NCBI GenBank assembly: GCA_012026655.1
Contig: JAAILG010000650.1
Coordinates: 1-64,000, forward strand
Source of the DNA: Hydrolagus affinis
Taxonomy: Eukaryota
Direction: 5' to 3'
DNA: 64,000 nucleotides
Part shown: positions 61,535 to 64,000 of the stretch, piece by piece
How positions within the stretch are numbered: position 1 is the stretch's first letter
Layout: every line of letters begins with the position of its first letter
Position numbers and translations under genes: made by a program
Notes under the pieces: model-generated
The model's database searches: none
What the model saw: only the letters and a program-made list of their open reading frames with translations
What the model was told of the DNA's origin: nothing

Positions 61535-61700
61535 AAATAATAATAATCCTTGCATTTGATAGAGAGGTTTTCAGGTCTTCTAGACATCTCAAAACACTTT
61601 GCAGAATATACGTTAAAGTGAATTGACTGTGAAACGCAGCAGCCGATTGAGCAAAGCAGTGTACCACAAACAGACGTGGATTGTAGTGGTCAATTTATTA
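61535..61700 (-). mobile_element. SINE 3' half
   Basis: aataataataatccttgcatttgatagag...cttctagacatctcaaa...gcagtgtaccacaaacagacgtggattg. Confidence 0.85.
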
Positions 61701-61919
61701 TTGTGGTTTTTAAGTATGTCTGATGTTGAGGATCTGAATGGATAGGGAGAAATAATTAGCGTCGCCCCGATTTCATTTCTGGATCTGTTTATCCTATCAT
61801 ATTATAACCTGGAAATAGGCAAAGGAAAGAAAGAGGAAGATTTTTTTTTACAGTTTGGAAGCAAATTAAATTTTCAAACAGGAATTGGATAGGTACTTAA
61901 AAAGGAAACATTTACAAGG

Positions 61920-62031
61920 ATATGGGAAAGAGATTGTGAATAGAACTGGTTGGGAAGCTCCTCCAATGAGCCAGCACAGGCATGAAATGCCGAATGGCCT
62001 CCTTCTGTGCTGTAATATTCTATGATTCTAT
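61920..62031 (+). mobile_element. CR1-type (HER1/HE1-like) 3' tail
   Basis: gagccagcacaggcatgaaatgccgaatggcctccttctgtgctgtaatattctatgattctat. Confidence 0.8.
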
Positions 62032-63466
62032 ATGTATAAATATGTATTGCAGTAATTTGCTCTCTGGGATTCAATTCTGATTCTTAATCAAGCTATATAA
62101 GCTGCAATTACCAGATAGTTGGATTAAATGTAATAAATTGCTATGTAGGTTTTTGCAAAGAGAGATCCTGTAACATTAAAATAAATTATAACCCCTGTCT
62201 TAAGAGGTGTTACCAAGATGACTCAAAGGATAAATGAAGGATTTAAAATCCACCCATTTCCTGTCTTTGTGTTGTTAAATACACCAGCTTGCTTTAATTA
62301 CTGGGATTGGGTAATAGAATTTGTTGAAGTTTTATTGAGGTGACTTAAAATGAAGCCAGAACTTGTTCTTTGCAATAAAGCTGCAAGGAATGCAGTTATA
62401 TTTCCTTCACAATACAAGCGGCATGAACTGCCTGCAGCACGTTTTACAATGCAGCGGCTTCAGTTTCATAGATTTCAGACCAACTCTACTCAAATTTAAC
62501 AATATGTGGGTGTGCTATGAGGTCTGTCGTTGTTCACTTGATATACATTAATGAAGCTTGAGTTAAGCCTGCGAGTGAAGTAGTTTTGCCTCTGGTCATT
62601 TTTAACAAGTTAAACCAACCTGGAAGTACTGTACAGTGTAAAGATATTAGCTATTGCCTCAAGGCAATAACAAAAGCCATTCAGTAACAGCATGAACTCC
62701 AGTTTGCTTTTGGAGCAAAATTTAACAAACAAAATGGAAATCAGCCTCATTGTTCCCTTTAAAGAATTATCTTTGATCAATATCAGCCTCTTGCCACTTA
62801 CTCCCCTGAAATCAATCCTAGAAGTTTATTAGAAGAATCTACAGGGCTGGGTGCTTTCAGCTGCCTCTCACCCTTAATTACACCAGCAGGGTGGAAGGAA
62901 ATAACTCCTGCCTCCTTCCTTTATGACCTTCAGTTTCTGTAAGGAACAGCTACTCTCTAAGTACTCTTTTAATGACTTTGTTGCCTACTTTGGAAAATTC
63001 TTTGATCTATCCATGTGTTTACCCTACTGCAGTGCCCATCTTTCTTCACTTAAATATCCCCAGCCTAAACAATCCATTAATGTGCCATTTCAATAAGGCC
63101 TTTGATTTACCCTTATCCACTTTAATAGCAACCAAATGATTTCTCAACTGAAAATCAAGTCTCCAAATCCTTTAATGCACTACAAAAGAGCCCTCAAAAG
63201 CCAATGTTTATTGTCGGCACATTATGTGATTTTTTTGTCGCATCGCCAGATTTGCTATGAAAGTATGTTTTTATGATTGGGACCGGCCTGAGCGACGCAA
63301 AGAGGAAACTTGGCATCGCCACATTCAGTTCATCTTTTAACAGTCATCACATGAGGTACGAACTGGATTGTTCCTTCACTAATGCAAGAGCAAACCATTT
63401 GGAAAGCAAAAGTTTTCCCCTGTTGCCGTTTGACCAGTGCAAAAAAAAAACCTTCCCATCAACACT

Positions 63467-63765
63467 TAATAATAATCCTTGCATTTGGTATAGCGCTTTT
63501 CACGTCTTCTAGACGTCTCAAAGCGCTTCACAGAATATACTGTAAAGTGAATTGACCTTACATTTGCGGATGAAACGCGGCAACCAATTACACACAGCAG
63601 TGTCCCACAAACAGTCGTGGATTCAACTGACAAGTTTTGTGTCAGGGATTACTATCAGGCATGGGGGAGTAAGGAAACTTACCCAAGGTTTCGCCCTGGC
63701 TTGGAATCTAACCCAGGTCTCTCGTTTGCAAGGCGAGTGCTCCAACCATTGAACTACAGGACTCC
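63467..63765 (-). mobile_element. Young tRNA-derived SINE, full length (best-preserved tail)
   Basis: taataataatccttgcatttggtatagcgcttttcacgtcttctagacgtctcaaagcgcttcacag...ggcgagtgctccaaccattgaactacaggactcc. Confidence 0.94.
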
Positions 63766-64000
63766 TAATTAAGTCTTCAGAATGACAAGATTTTCCTGTT
63801 GCCAAGTAGAACAGTTAGTGCTATCGTGAGGTATCCCATCCCATCAATACATTCAGTTTTTTTTAAACACTCTGCTTTTATCACAGGCCACAGCTCATTT
63901 TTCTCCAGTTTAGTCTCACTTCATTGTATAGTGTTCAGGCTCATTGACACAAATCATTGGAGTATTGTTGAAGCCATAATAAAGGCAACAATTTTTGCAA

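Overview
AT-rich, CpG-depleted vertebrate genomic DNA that appears non-coding (gene desert or very large intron). I recognise no host exon and no intact RNA gene. The short ORFs in the track are chance ORFs or retroelement debris. The repeat content points to a cartilaginous fish, most likely elephant shark (Callorhinchus milii); this is inferred from remembered repeat consensuses, not from a search. The window holds six near-full-length copies and many 3' fragments of a young tRNA-headed SINE with an L2-type tail. It also holds two older DeuSINE/SacSINE1-like copies, several copies of a second ancient tRNA SINE, many very short L2 3'-tail insertions, decayed L2, CR1 and Crack-like RT fragments, microsatellites and one 100-N gap. 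Repeat-free, motif-rich blocks between them look like conserved non-coding enhancers. I cannot support a novel protein-coding system. The most notable observations are structural: a 30-bp hairpin created inside a DeuSINE, pre-miRNA-sized hairpins in unique sequence, a perfect palindromic double AAAGGTCA site, a SINE-L2 chimera, and covariation in the shared SINE/L2 terminal stem-loop. Repeat boundaries are approximate.
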